Source: Dicyema japonicum (Eukaryota; Animalia; Dicyemida). From it: a DNA stretch of 64,000 nucleotides. The first letter of the stretch is position 1. Each line of letters opens with the position of its first letter. Made by a program: the position numbers and the translations under genes. This document shows, piece by piece, positions 1-12,439 of this stretch. The notes beneath the pieces are model-generated. The model was not told where the DNA came from, made no database searches, and saw only the letters and a list, made by a program, of their open reading frames with translations. The DNA lies in NCBI GenBank assembly GCA_011109175.1, contig RDEW01000043.1:62001-126000 (forward strand), written 5' to 3'.

Positions 1-1310
1 ATGAGGAAGGCAGAGAAAGCTGATAAGTGAGGCTCTAGGCCTTACGAGCATGGCCGGTGTCCTAGTCAATAAAGAATTCAGTAGAGAATGTAGAATCTTC
101 TTGACATGGGTGTTACAGGCAATTACCGATGATAGATATGAAGGGAGAGAAAGGTCCACAGGGTTGCGAATTCCAAGTCCTCCGAGTCTCACTGGCAGCG
201 TGGCTCGCTTCCATTAGTAATCCTCGAACCGAACGTTGAAGATACGTTCCGCTGTCGTACGGAAGATCCCGTTAATCTGTGCGAGTTGGTCACACTGGGT
301 GAAATAGGGAGCAGGCTGTATGACTGATTCACAAATTCAAAAATATTAGGGCATCTCTCAACACACGCTCCAGGATATTGTCTCTTCTTAGACTATTGAA
401 GGCGTTCTTGATGTCCAGTTTGACCAGGACATGTCCCCGGGAATCTTCTATACTGCGGTTTATGGATGTCCTCACTGAATGGACAGCGGCCTCGCATCCC
501 AAGTGAATATCGACGCCTACTTGAGGGGGTTCAAGATTTTTGTGAAGAGTGGAATAGATTATCTGGGGAAATTTTAGCAGCCAGTTTTCTGAAGACAAAC
601 CCGACCGCAATTGGTCGTACTCCTCTGCCCTTCATATCAAGGCTATCAAATTGGCGGATAACTTCGCGAAGAACTCCAAACAGGATCCGGTTCATAAGTG
701 AAGTAATTGAATTCGTAGGACGAAATCCCTGGTCTCCTAAGGACAAAGAGGTTTGATCCTTCAGGTAGTCAGGTCTCATTCCGTCGAGCCCGCCACTGCT
801 ACTAGGGGCAAAATTCCGTATTGCGAAGGGAACTTCATCGTTTGATGCAGTCAGGGGACTCACTCCGGATGGGGGAGCGACTTGGACGTAGTTTGAGGTG
901 GCAAAGGTTGTTCAGTAAAATATTTAGGCGTCGGAGTCGGTTTTCGCGGTCCACTTGAGGAAAGTTCCCTGATGGCTGCGCGGGTAGCACCTTTGATTAA
1001 CTTCGACCGAAGTTCTTGAGACGGAGCACTTCGACTTCTCGTTCTGACCACGTGTCTCCCTCGTATGGTTAGAAGCCATGACAACTGGGATGTGATACCT
1101 CCCAAAAAAGAACGAATGTTGGTCCTCATGGTGGTAGCGAGAGACTCCTTTCCGTGACCATCTCGATCAAGTCCCAGTGCGGAAGGCACAAAACTGAATA
1201 AGCACTCCCAATCATGTACTGCGTTAGTCCGGAGAGCATCTTCAATCGTTTCTGAAAGAGCCTCCGCAGCGACAGGTCGTATGGCCTTGGGAATCCTCAC
1301 AGGGATAGTC
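1..1310 (-). mobile_element. CRE-like (RLE-type) non-LTR retrotransposon fragment, frameshifted, RT core internally deleted, runs off window edge
   Basis: Minus-strand ORFs 860-1300, 531-863 and 329-610 give RIPKAIRP..., SSGGLDGMRPDYLKD, GVRPIAVGFVFRKLAAK, QVGV...GCEAAVH and KLDIKNAFNSLRRD. At ~300 the sequence jumps to the post-RT motif FNVRFED.WKRATLPVRLGGLGIR. Confidence 0.85.
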
Positions 1311-1456
1311 CGTGAAAAACATAATTCAGAGAGTAGGCGTAGGAACGTTTCAGGTCCGTGGTTGATGACAATTAACGGTATAACTTAAGTTTTTGAAAAT
1401 AAATTGTCCTAAAATGATTTGTCCTATTATCCTCTTAAGATGTCCTAATTGTACTA

Positions 1457-3011
1457 CAGTCAAGTCCCAAATTGGCCCAAAATTGTTCCTGAACTATTTT
1501 TGGCCAATTTGGGAATTTAAAAAAAATTATTTAAAAAACCATTTTTTTAAATATTATGTTTATAAAAAATAATCAGTTTATAAGCCCTGGACGGAGTCAG
1601 TTTATAATAAAGCCCTGTCTCGTCCATATTGTAAATTTCACCTTTATAATGTTTGGAAATTTTTAAAAGTGATCTCAGATCCTTCTAGATCAGGTTGTTT
1701 TCTAGTTATCATTTCCCCATGTAATTTATGCATTCGAAAACCATGTCTTTTTTGAATCTTGTAAGAAATCCTTTAGAATTATTGAAATCACTAATTGATA
1801 ACTTTCAGCAATATTTTGTAGTTTTTTGATATTAGTGCATCATTTAACAAAGCATCTAACATGAAACAAATTAAAAATACCCTTAGATTCCAACAAATCC
1901 ATCCATTCTAATAGCTCAGTAGCAAGTTGCCGAGGAAGCTGATATAATAATTGTCAACGAACCGAAAGATGAAGTCAAATGAGAATACGGAACTCTCGGG
2001 CTTCGAATCGATATCTTTATACTGGAAAGAAGTGGCTATACCAGGGACTGGAACATTAATATTTTATCGGTGTCATCTAAAGACAAGGAATCCGAGAATT
2101 GTTTCATCAGTTTGTTGTGAGTTTGTCGCCATTGATGTTTGTTGTGTCGGGAGCACATTGTGTGATTTTGAACTCAAAAGGAAGAAAGCCCACCATGCGA
2201 TATTGTGTATTAGGAATTTAAGACTCGAAACGGATATGTTTTTGTTTATTTTTTAACGTACGATCATTCCATCACTCCTTTATGGACTGGAAAGGTTGTA
2301 TTGCATTCAATGAGCGTTTTATCTTGCTTCTTGAAAAATCGAGGAGAGCTGGGATCAAGATTGCCCTACACAAAGGCTCGACGAGAAGCTAGATGAAGAT
2401 GAAAATTTGCTAGTAATGTCTATAAGAGATGCAGCAGGAAAGGATGGAAAACTACCTAAAAAGAGATGCCATCATTGGCTCGTATGTTGCAGATAGAATA
2501 AACGATAAGAGGGGTCTGAGAGCGAGAGAAGAATCCAAGCGTTTGCAGGACTTGCGGCATGAGGCCAAACAACTCCCTCTTTAATTTTCCTTGCTAATAA
2601 AGTTGTAAAGTTAAAAAGCTAAAGTTAGTATCAAATTGCTGAAATTTTAACGATTTGCATGTCTTTGTTGGAATATAATATTTAGAAGTTTTTAATATGG
2701 AATCTTGGAAATTAAGAATATTATTCACGGTTTTTCTTGAAATTCGAGTATTAAATAAATCAGAAAATCTGTGAGCGACCTTTTTGGCACGATTTAGTAT
2801 TATTCTCGCCTTTATATCTCAATATGTCGAGTTTTTGGAAACAATTAAGCCTTGTAAAATTGCAACGAGGAGCTTTCGAGTACATGGTAAAAATTTTAGT
2901 TTGAAATTTTTATTTTTTAATAAAATAATTGAAAAAAATTATTAAAAATAAATTTTATTTTTAATAATGTGTAGCCAATTTGAGAATTGGTCAATTAGAG
3001 GGAATTCACTG
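1457..3011 (-). mobile_element. pogo/Tigger-like DNA transposon remnant with TA TSDs
   Basis: TA|CAGTCAAGTCCCAAATTGGCC at 1455 and GGTCAATTAGAGGGAATTCACTG|TA ending at 3013 are imperfect TIRs. The minus strand encodes an N-terminal HTH (ATG 2885; QKLDIL...FNTRISRKTVNNIL) and a CENP-B-type HTH (SKGFLTRFKKRHGFRMHKLHGE, ~1700-1800). Confidence 0.75.
1950..2590 (+). mobile_element. LINE ORF2 3' fragment nested in the Tigger-like element
   Basis: Translation KAHHAIL...IF*RTIIPSLLYGLE resembles the post-RT thumb motif of Jockey/I-group ORF2. It splits the Tigger transposase in two. Confidence 0.5.
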
Positions 3012-3235
3012 TATTTTGTTTTTAAAATGTCCTAAAAAATGTCCTATTATTGGATTAGGAATGAGATTAGGTATTGATTATGGTTCATGTTGAAAATTAT
3101 TTTAGGGATGACATCAAATTTAGGTATTTTTAGGAAAGGGATTTTAATTCGTCAAAGTTATGGTTATAATTAGAATTATACTTGGATGGTTAAGGGATAG
3201 GTTTTATGATATTTTTATGTTTAAGAATAAAAATT

Positions 3236-3590
3236 ACGGTTTAAAGTTTGGGTTAAGGTTATTGTTAGGGTTATGGATTATGGTTAGGGCTATGGATTAA
3301 TGTTATGGATTAGGGTTATGGATTATGGTTAGGGTTTTGCGTTAGGGTTAGGGATTGGAGGGGTTAGGGATAAGGGTTAGGGTCAGGGATTATGGTTAGG
3401 GTTATGAATTAGTATTAGGGATTAGTGTTAGGGATTAAGGTTGGGGATAAGGGTTAGTGTTAGGGTTAGGGTTATGGATTAGGGTTATGGATATTGGTTA
3501 TGGTTATGGATTAGGATTAGGGATTTGGGTTATGGATAGGGTTAGGGTTAAGGGTTAGGGTTAGGGTTTGGGTTAAGGTTAGGTTTAGTT
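3236..3590 (+). repeat. Interstitial degenerate telomere-like (TTAGGG)n tract
   Basis: 6-bp periodic G-rich strand of TTAGGG with variants TTATGG, ATAGGG, TTAGTG and TTTGGG. It is purest at 3535-3580 and fades leftwards towards ~3050. Confidence 0.9.
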
Positions 3591-5045
3591 GTATGTGATT
3601 GAGAGGTTTAACAGTATGGAATTTTTTAGTTACTAAGAGGGAAAGGTCTAAGAAAAGAATAATTTTTTTAATATTAAAGTTAATTTTCGCTTAGTTTTTT
3701 TAAATGTTTAATATTTAATTAAAAAATTAATTAAATAGATTTTCAGACATCAATTGAATTGAATTGTTTCAGTTTGTTATAATATTATATTTTGCATGAA
3801 TAATTAATGCCAGACATCCAATGGATATGAACAAAATTGGTATATTTAACTAAATAAAATAAATAGAGTCAAGAAAAATGTTATTAAAATGCAAAAAATC
3901 GATAGAGTTCCACGTACGGACGGTGACAATTAATTTATTTTATGGTTTTAAATATTAGACTTTTATTCTCATTGGAAGAACAATAAATTTATTTACCACC
4001 GGTCACTTGAGTGAAAGAAACCCGAGGCAAACACCTAAGTAAGAACCAAAAGCAGACGTTCCCAGAGATAAGTCAGATGCATTTGATATGGCGCAGAAAT
4101 CAAAGGCTGGTAAGGACGAGAGAATTAGTGGCCTGTCTTGTCGTTGTCTACAAGCAGGAGGGACACAGCCACGAAATTGATTATGTAGTAGGCAAGCTAT
4201 CTTACCTACTTCTATCGCGAGAAATTTCTATTTAAGGAACTCCATACACTTAAATAGCTGTTAACTACTAACCTCCCGGTGTGTCAAGGTTAGTAAATCA
4301 ATAAAATAAATCAACAATAGCTCATTTTGGAGCAAATCAACGTTTTCCTAGAATTGATATGGACTATACATTTTCATCAGGAAAGGAAATGAAAAGAGAA
4401 ATGTCTCGTGAGTCCATCTATAAAGCTTGGATTCTTAGACAGCATCCTCTTTACACTCTTCTTAAGCCCTGATATATGAGTCGAGGATTAGATTTTTACT
4501 TGAAAACTCACAATTCTCTTCTCAACAATCTTTTTATAGCACCAACAAGGCTTTCCTCTTCTTCACTCAGGAACCTATCGAATCTCTTATAGAGGGAAAA
4601 CATAATTGCTTTTTTCTCGATTTTTTCAAGAGCTAGATGAACCAGCCTCGTTGATGACTCGCATCAAGATAAAAGGAAACGCCCATCTTTCAAGAGAAAC
4701 GTCCTTTTTTGGAATTATAAAAAAGTCCAGAAAAATGCCAAAAACTAAAGTAATAAATGTTACTTTGAAAGTGATCTCAGGCTTACATTTTCTTTAAAAT
4801 CCTTCATAAAACTGAATTTAAAATATTTGAGGAGTAAAAAATAAAATTTTTTGAGGGAAAAGTAAGGCTTCAATAGTTTTCATACTCTTGATACATAGAA
4901 TTCGGATCATATGTCTGAAAATTGTTAGAAGGCGGGTTTATTCCATTTACTTGTGGTTGATAGAAATTCTGATTGCTCTGATCAATAATATTCTGAAAAT
5001 AGAAATTCGGGATATTTTCTGGAAATTGAGAATAGGGAATTTGAT

Positions 5046-5456
5046 TCATTTGGTAATTTTGTGGAACCCCAATCCATACATCGGGTTTTCATGAGTGAAA
5101 AAATATTGGTTCGACTGGAAATTGACTTGTGGTTCAAATGGCGGATAAATAATATTTTGAGAAATTCCAGCCTTTTTTAGTTTATATCGATGATTTTGAA
5201 ACCAAATTTTTACCTGTTTGGGGGTTAAGCTAATTTTTTTCGCAAATTGATCTCTTTCTTCTGTTGTAAGATAATTTGTGAAATTGAATTTGCTTTCCAA
5301 AGCAAAAAGTTGAGTTTTAGAAAACAAATTTCTTTTTTTCTTACGAACAGATTTATTCGATTTACTTATGCCATTTTCACTTTTTTGGGACGTTTGGGAG
5401 TCTGGGGACTAAATTGAATTAATACTTTCAGAAGATTTAAGTGGCCTGCGAGCCAT
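5046..5456 (-). CDS. NK2-class homeobox transcription factor (~128 aa)
   Basis: Homeodomain KKRNLFSKTQLFALESKFNFTNYLTTEERDQFAKKISLTPKQVKIWFQNHRYKLKK has the NK2-diagnostic Tyr54 (HRYK). Removing a 24-nt GT-AG intron (5402-5425) joins ATG 5456 in frame. Confidence 0.85.
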
Positions 5457-5835
5457 ATCGTTTATCAAACGTGGATTCTACATTTTAAATCGGTCATCAA
5501 CGTATATAAGAGTTCCTTGAGTATTATAATTAAATTTATTGTTTTTTGTACAACCACTAATTTATATTAATGGACTTGTCAGACTTGATGAAAAGTTAGA
5601 TTTTTAATAAAAATTAACCTAAGGGTCTCAGAGTTTAGAGGAGACGTGGGAATTTATAAACTACTTTCATATATAGCAGGTCTACCACTAATATTTGCAA
5701 AATACACGTTTTCGTTTATTGAAAATAGTTACAAAAATTTGTAATCCTTGTTTTGTAATATAAAATTATCAAAATAATAAATTTGTGTTTAAATAAACAG
5801 CTAACCTATAATAAAACTATATTCTTGTAATTCTC

Positions 5836-6030
5836 TGGTTTAGTGCAATGAGTCCGGACCAAAATCAGAAGGTCCCGGGTCCGAATCTTCCTGCTGTCCA
5901 TTCGGTTGAAGGTTCCACGAATCTACAATTTCTGGCTTGACGAGTGACGCCGTCTTCAATGTTTCATCACTGCGGCACCAAATTGTCTTCTTGGACACAA
6001 GCAAAAAAAAACGAAAAATCAAGATCATTG
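5836..6030 (+). mobile_element. tRNA-derived SINE copy
   Basis: A-box-like TGGTTTAGTG (5836) and B-box-like GGGTCCGAATC (5877). The body ggttgaaggttccacg...ggcttgacgagtgacgccgtc is shared with four other loci and ends in an A-rich tail. Confidence 0.7.
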
Positions 6031-7649
6031 GATCCTACTTTTTAAATAAAGTGTGAGTTCTGCCTAAGATAAGGTTTAAGTAAGGGAAACTTTACTAGTC
6101 CTTGGAGGCAGTTGTTGTCGTAATTCTCTGATGGAAGATAAGTTCAGATCTCAGAATTCTAATCAAAATATTGTTCCGTAGATTAATTCATTAACTCAGA
6201 ACAGGTCCGCATAAAATTAAATAAATTCAATCAAAAATATTGGTTCAGCGGAATTGCTTAGTAAAAATCGTCAATTTATTAAACTCAGGATACAATTATA
6301 ACAGCAGTTTAGCCCAAAAAAGTAAATTAATGTTAATTTAGCGCAATCATTACGGATCATACTCGACTGCTTATATATTACTCAAAGGTACGCTAAGTAA
6401 GCCCTATATACTATAATTATGTCATACTATCATCATTAGCGCACGATTTAGTTAAAATCTAGCGCGATATATGCGTAATTAAGACCATTTGAAAAAATAT
6501 AATTAGTCCATTGGATTGACACAATTTCTATAATTAAGACTTCTTCAAACTGACAGCTACCCAAACGAGCATTTTAATAAAAGGTTGATGCGGTGACGAA
6601 CCGATATTGCACTAAGTGTCTACTTTGGTGATTGAAAGCCCATATCTTTCTTATTTATGATCTTTATTTCCAAGTTGCTGTAAGACTCCGTTGGAGACAT
6701 CAATGAAACCAAAGGAATCACAATGTATTTCCATAACCAAAAAAATTGAATAATAGCTATACTTCTTCAAGAAAAAAATTTATTAAAGGCAAAACTTCAA
6801 AAAACCTCTAGTAATAATAATAAATTTTTTATTGAAGACCAGACATAGCGATAGTTATGGGGGATTACGTTAGTAAAAATCCTGCCGTGAGGCATGGATT
6901 TTTTTCGCAGTTTTACCCCCTCTAGCTTCATAGTTTCTTCTGAGTGAACGTTTCATCCACTTTGGTCCTCAAGAGAAAACCCTCGATCCGTTCTACGACC
7001 ACCCTTTTTACTGAGTTGATATGGGTTTCTTCCTCTTCTAATGTTTTCACCTCTTTTATGAAGGGCCAGCTTGATTGACATCCACCTCATCATGTCCAAA
7101 AGTTTGATTATTTCCTCAGTGGATTAATCATTAGTCAGAAGCTGAATATTTCAAACAAAATTAAAAAATTCGTTTTTCCTTCGAAAATAAGGGACCGATG
7201 TCAAGGTCTCTCAATTTTGTCTCTTGCAACGCCAATCATGTTTTTAGACAAAATTAAAAATTTTGTCTCACGGACCTGATGCTTTACGGACGTGATGCTA
7301 TACGATTATATTTAACCCTGAAAGAGTTAAGTCAATTCGTTATGCGATTCCGGTACTCCACAACAATCCACGACGCTAATCTTCCAGCGAATTTTTAAGA
7401 TGTGTTAGTTTCTTTTGATATTTACGAGTTTCGCTGGCCTCTACCGCTGGTCGAAGGAAACTATCAAATTCGATGATAGCAATTGAGATTAAATTAAATT
7501 ATTGAGATAAACTTGAGGAGTTTAATTAAATATGTATATTAAATATGAAATATGATATGAAACATAATTAATGGTAATCAGATAAATTTGCATATTAATT
7601 TATTTTTTTAAATTCCCCAATTTTTATTAAAGAAAAGAAAGTAAACGGT

Positions 7650-7900
7650 CATATAGCGGCTGTCCTGACTGCGTGGCTATTCCCTCTCAGGATAGCGAGC
7701 GAGATTCGCTCAAATAACCAGCAGCACTCACGAGGGTCTATTTATTAGATCCTCTGAACCTTTCTACCATCGAAAATATAGTCAACAATGATAGAAGCTC
7801 CCATTCATGTTCTCCGTAGCATCAGCGTCCGGTTTTGGCAGCTATTTTCATGCAATCAACGGTTTCCTTCATTGAATGGACGGAAGGTGGGGTAAATAAC
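7650..7900 (-). mobile_element. CRE-like 3'-end fragment
   Basis: The reverse complement contains gttatttgagcgaatctcgctcgctatcctgagagggaatagccacgcagtc, homologous to the CRE 3' ends at 28010, 30140 and 43800. Confidence 0.75.
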
Positions 7901-8002
7901 AAGAAAACTACTTAGCTGGAAAGTGACTCTGAAGGCCAGTGATTGAATTGAAGGTTTTGAAACACGAGGGAGCAATTAACATAAAAATATAGTTTATTAC
8001 GA

Positions 8003-8870
8003 TTAATCAATAAGTTCAATGTCTTCGGGATTCAAATCCTTATCACCAATCGTGAAAACCACAGAGATTGCCATGCATCGAAACTCGTCGATAAAAGTCA
8101 GAGAAAATCCAGTGCACAAAAGCAGGGTCCCAACTTCGCAGAGGGCACAAAAAGACCAGAATTTTTTATTCTACCTTATTTAATGAAATTACCTGAGACA
8201 GTCCCTCAATCTGAACCAATGAAGTCCCAATGAATGCTAAAAATAAAAAAAATAGTCAAAGACTGATTATAGCCCCAGCGATGGCTAGCAGGGTAATGAT
8301 CACTCTGGTGTAAAAGGCCTTCCTAGTCTGAAAGGTGAACTTTCCGAGTAGAGTTTGCAGGATGCAGTAAAAAGGCTGAGAGACGAAAACCATGATGGCC
8401 GCCACATAGTGACCTGATTTTATAGAGCTGGCCTAATTATAAAAAAATCAATCGTTGCCTTTAAATTGGCAGTTAGGAAAGTGCCAAGTGATATCAAGAA
8501 GGCGACGAGGAGTGAAAAATTATTCAAATAAGAAATTCTAGAGTTCTTCCGACTGATTTTGCTTCTTAGGTAGACAAATCGCAGACAAAAGGTGGCAAAC
8601 CCTTCAAGTGAGTTATTCAAGCCTCACCAAGTACGGTGATGATATTCAAACAAATTGAGAAGAACACACTTGGAGGCCCAGTGTCTGAAACTTCACTAAA
8701 AGCTAAACCACCAGGGTCATACCTTATATAGGGGAAGTAGTCATAGATGTTGTTGAATGTTAGGGCATAAAGATAAACAATGATTATGTTGAATATGAAA
8801 ATAAAAGAGTGAACAACGGAATAAGGTGTATCTTTCTGAAAGAAATAGTCAGCACATCAGGCGACAACAT
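8003..8870 (-). CDS. DRAM/TMEM150 (Frag1/DRAM/Sfk1) family membrane protein
   Basis: The spliced product contains YFPYIS..SDTGPP.VFFSICLNII, LNNFSLLVAFLISLGTFLTANL, GHYVAAIMVF and ALCEVG...LTFIDEF. Introns are at 8696-8722 (27 nt), 8602-8627 (26), 8433-8458 (26, GC-AG), 8237-8263 (27) and 8171-8192 (22). The 5' end needs either one missing T near 8805 or an extra 20-nt intron. Confidence 0.85.
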
Positions 8871-9194
8871 TTGTAGAAATTGGACGAAATAAATTTATAT
8901 AAAAATACGTCCTAATTAAGATTTATTTAAACGAATTTTAAATATTACTGATTATTTTTTAAATTAGCAATAAATATAATAATTTTCGCATGGATGCCTT
9001 TTCTGTTAGGAAATTTCTATAAAAGGATAGTTTTTACTTAAGTAATTCATACATGGAACCACCCTTAACCAAAGAAAACGTCTGAGTGCGTATTTTTGCA
9101 ATCTGTTTGGTTATTGATTTTTTGTTTTGATATTTCGATTCAGCTTACTAAATAATTTTATTAAAAAGACACAAAAAATCAATCAAAAATGATC

Positions 9195-9295
9195 CCCTCC
9201 GACATAATCGGCGTTGCTTTGCCTCTCACGATTGCAGAGATCAACTGAGAAGACACCGAGTTTCACGTGCGTCGTGTCTTTTTAGCTACTAAATT
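9195..9295 (-). mobile_element. CRE-like 3'-end fragment (second subfamily)
   Basis: The reverse complement encodes ...ISAIVRGKATPIM and is homologous to 19312-19445 (+) and 25685-25830 (-). Confidence 0.65.
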
Positions 9296-9369
9296 TTTAT
9301 TTTATTGATTTGTAATTTTAAGAAAGAGATGACACTCCTTTTTTGAGTGACGATATAAGAGATTATTAA

Positions 9370-9620
9370 CAAGTGAATTTTCACTCTTTAGCCTATTGGC
9401 TAGGATATCATGGCTACAGCAGTGGTCCCTGGTTCTGTCTCAGAGGGCGCCCAGCTACGAGACGACGTCATGGGATTCACATGTCACAAGGCCATTGTCA
9501 AGATAGCATCGAGAGTCAATTACTCTCACCCTCTTACCTCCTCCTTGTCGGTTTGGGATCACTTAGTTACCTGAGGGAATTCCTTTCTTTTAACTCAGTA
9601 ATCCGTGGGCAATAAAAAGT
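9370..9620 (+). mobile_element. LINE 3' end fragment
   Basis: The 3' sequence cctccttgtcggt..gggatcactt...cctttc.tttaac followed by an A-rich tail recurs at 48110-48195. Confidence 0.5.
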
Positions 9621-10589
9621 AACTTAGCATATAATGATTTTTATGTGGTAATTTTGGGTGCATAATTAATCAAGTTATGGCATTGATTATAATATTGAGG
9701 CTATAAATTGCTAACAGCCAAATCGCTTAGCTCAAGCCGTTAAGCTCTATTACGTCACTGGTTAACGTCACTAAAGATTTATTTATGCTTCCATAATCTG
9801 TTTAACCAAAATAATTAGACAAAAAAATTTAATAAGTTCTAACTATTTATCCCCCTCTTCTAGTATGATTGAGGCAGTGTTGGATCAACTGGGGAGCCAT
9901 TGTGTTTTACGGTTTCTGAGAAAAGAAAATCACGATTGAAGTTGGATACTCTCCTGACATTCGGCGAACACGTCAATGACGTTATTACTAAGGTCAGGAA
10001 GACCAACATATTGAAAATTTTGTCCCGATACCAACCCCGTTTTTATTAATTCTTTTGGATCTTTGAGGACCCCGAACGAGAACCAGAACCCAGAAAACCG
10101 GGATCATTCAGTTAGTAGTTAACTTTTTTATAATCCGGTGATCTTGGGGTAAAAAATTTCATTTACACTTCATTTTATAAATATTAGTTTATTACCTCTT
10201 CTAACTAGAGACCTTAAGATGAACTGTCCCTAAAGGATTTCGTATTCCTCTTTAAGTTTCAGCCCTTTATGAGCTGATCATCGTTGAGTAGTTTCAGTGC
10301 TCGGTCGAGGGAGAGAAACAATCAACACAAGTGGCGGTCCAAGCCAGGTATTTCCCATCCTTTCCATGCGATAAGAGTCAGTTTTTTGTTCGTGTAGTTA
10401 AGTTCAAGAGGTTCCAATTTCACGAATATCCAGTTCTCCTGCGAAAAGTTCACTTATCATCATTATCTACTCGTGTTGAGTCATTATCTAGAAGAGTCCC
10501 AAACAATGTTTAAAATAAGTAGCATTAAGAAATTAAATAAAATGAAAAAAATAAAATATGTAACTTTTTTTTAATTTTCTAATTTTCAA

Positions 10590-10900
10590 CGCTTCCTTTG
10601 GAAACATAGTTTTTCCACGTGCTGAATAAATTTTCAATTGGATTGAAAAATGGCGAGTAAGTGGTAATGGAACATGGAGATTGTCCGTAAAATGATGAAT
10701 GCAGGCATTATCAAAGATATCGCGTCTTCAATTCCCTCTTCATAACAAAGATTTTTTAAGGATTCCAGAAAAATTAGTCATTCCCAATTTTTGGTTCGAT
10801 GGCCCTTAAGGAATATAGGTAGAATTTCCTGAAATAGCTCTTCCTCGTCTTGATCTTTAGGATACTGAAAATCCTACCTCATTATGAGTTTTAAGATGTT
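10590..10900 (-). mobile_element. Tc1/IS630-like transposase catalytic remnant
   Basis: The minus strand reads, with frameshifts, ...DNACIHH...YSPFFNPIENLFSTWKNYV, the C-terminal DDE signature. Confidence 0.75.
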
Positions 10901-11194
10901 TTTTATCCAAAATAAATCTACCCTTATCCCAATATTAATGATTAGAAAGTGACGCTATTTGTCCGAAAGTGACGTTAATGGTCAGGAAACTATAAAAGCT
11001 TTCAAAAATCATTTTAATAATTTGACATTGAAAAAAATTATCTATGATAAAAATTCTGTAGCATAAATAGATGAAACTATAAGTGTGAAAAAAATCAAAA
11101 TGAAAAAAATGCTGGACTGGTTACCATCACCTGTCATTTGTAATCTGACAGCTGTCACATTTGACCTACATTTCGTACGAGAAAAATACTAAGA

Positions 11195-11640
11195 AAGGGA
11201 TCAACGAGAAGGGTTATGGCTAAGACAAAAGATTGGAATAGCCATACTCCGAGGGAACTCGGCTTCCTCAACTCAACACGCAGCAGGCTTCCTCAACTGA
11301 CATTTGTTTAATTGTTAAAAAATTATTTTGTAAAAAAGAAAAATACTTAAATGAACTCTTTATCTGCCTTATTGTTTCCCTCTCGAAGCCTGGTGCGGAG
11401 TCAGGCTATTGCTGTTGGGAGTTATTTCGAAGACTTGCTTTAAAACTTTCGTGCTGTCATGTCATCGATGATCTGTCTTCCGAACTGAAACCTGTACAAC
11501 TCGGAGTGGGCGTTCATATTTAATATCATCTATAAAGACGTTGAAAAATAAATCTCGCCAGAACATATTTGAAGAGACTGGATTGATTTCTGATGTACAA
11601 GATGGGGAAGTTGGCTGGATGCTGCAAATTATTACCCCAA
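11195..11640 (+). mobile_element. Two adjacent CRE-like fragments (3' end, then RT N-terminal piece)
   Basis: 11195-11300 encodes GDQREG.WL.QKIGIAILRGNS. 11350-11640 encodes AIAVGSYFRRLALKL...LKPVQLGVGV. Confidence 0.65.
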
Positions 11641-12439
11641 GAATATAGAACATTATATCTGTGAACTCTTTTTCAGATGATGGAAAAATTGTGGAAAACT
11701 CTAAAGCTTCAATAAAATCAGATAATTTAACGAAAAATTTGGCAGATTTAATTTCTGTCTACCATCCAATTATTATGGAAATTAGAAAATGTTATATTTT
11801 TACCAATATTCAATCAAATTTGAACAGGATTTGTGTGATATCAAATTATATCTTGAAAAAAGGACAATTAAATATCCACAAAAGATATCAAAAATGCGAA
11901 ATTAAAGAGTTTTGTCCAGAATTTTTTGCGAACTTAAGGAAGTGTCCTGGAACAACTATTTTTTAATAAACCAATTTTATTTAACTCAAAAACTAAGTTA
12001 ACAACAGCCGGCTGCTTTTATAATTGAGAACGCATTTCCCTGACTATTTTGGTAAAGAAATTTTTCCACGTTAAATAAAATACTCGAAAAAATATATAAA
12101 TTTTAATGATAAAAATGCTAAAACTTATTTGATGCTATATTTTAATAAATTTGACAAAATTAAGTTAACACACATTAACTGCACGAAAATAATAAGGTCA
12201 TATTTAATTTTTAAGGTCTTAAGTTATATTTTTGGGGTCATAATTCAATGATTTTTAGGTCATTTTTGTGGTTGCCCTAGTTATTACTGTTTGTGCTGGG
12301 CTTACCAAAGATTGTAAGTCTGGGGTTAATAATAATGGCCCATATTTCTAATGATGCTGTAAATTTCGGTTGAAGGTTCCACGCATCTACGATGCTTGGC
12401 TTGACGAGTAATTAAAACTAGAAATTGGCATTCGGTTAC

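Noticed and set aside
1-3600. Telomere-targeted CRE insertion (MoTeR/Cnl1-like)
   Set aside because: The CRE copy is ~1.9 kb from the TTAGGG tract, and no CRE end in the window abuts telomeric repeats.
5408-5410. In-frame TAG in the NK2 gene as stop-codon reassignment or readthrough
   Set aside because: It lies inside a 24-nt GT-AG intron whose removal restores the frame. Other genes end normally in TAA, TAG or TGA.
5836-5905. Functional tRNA gene
   Set aside because: No convincing cloverleaf or acceptor stem. It continues into the repeated SINE body.
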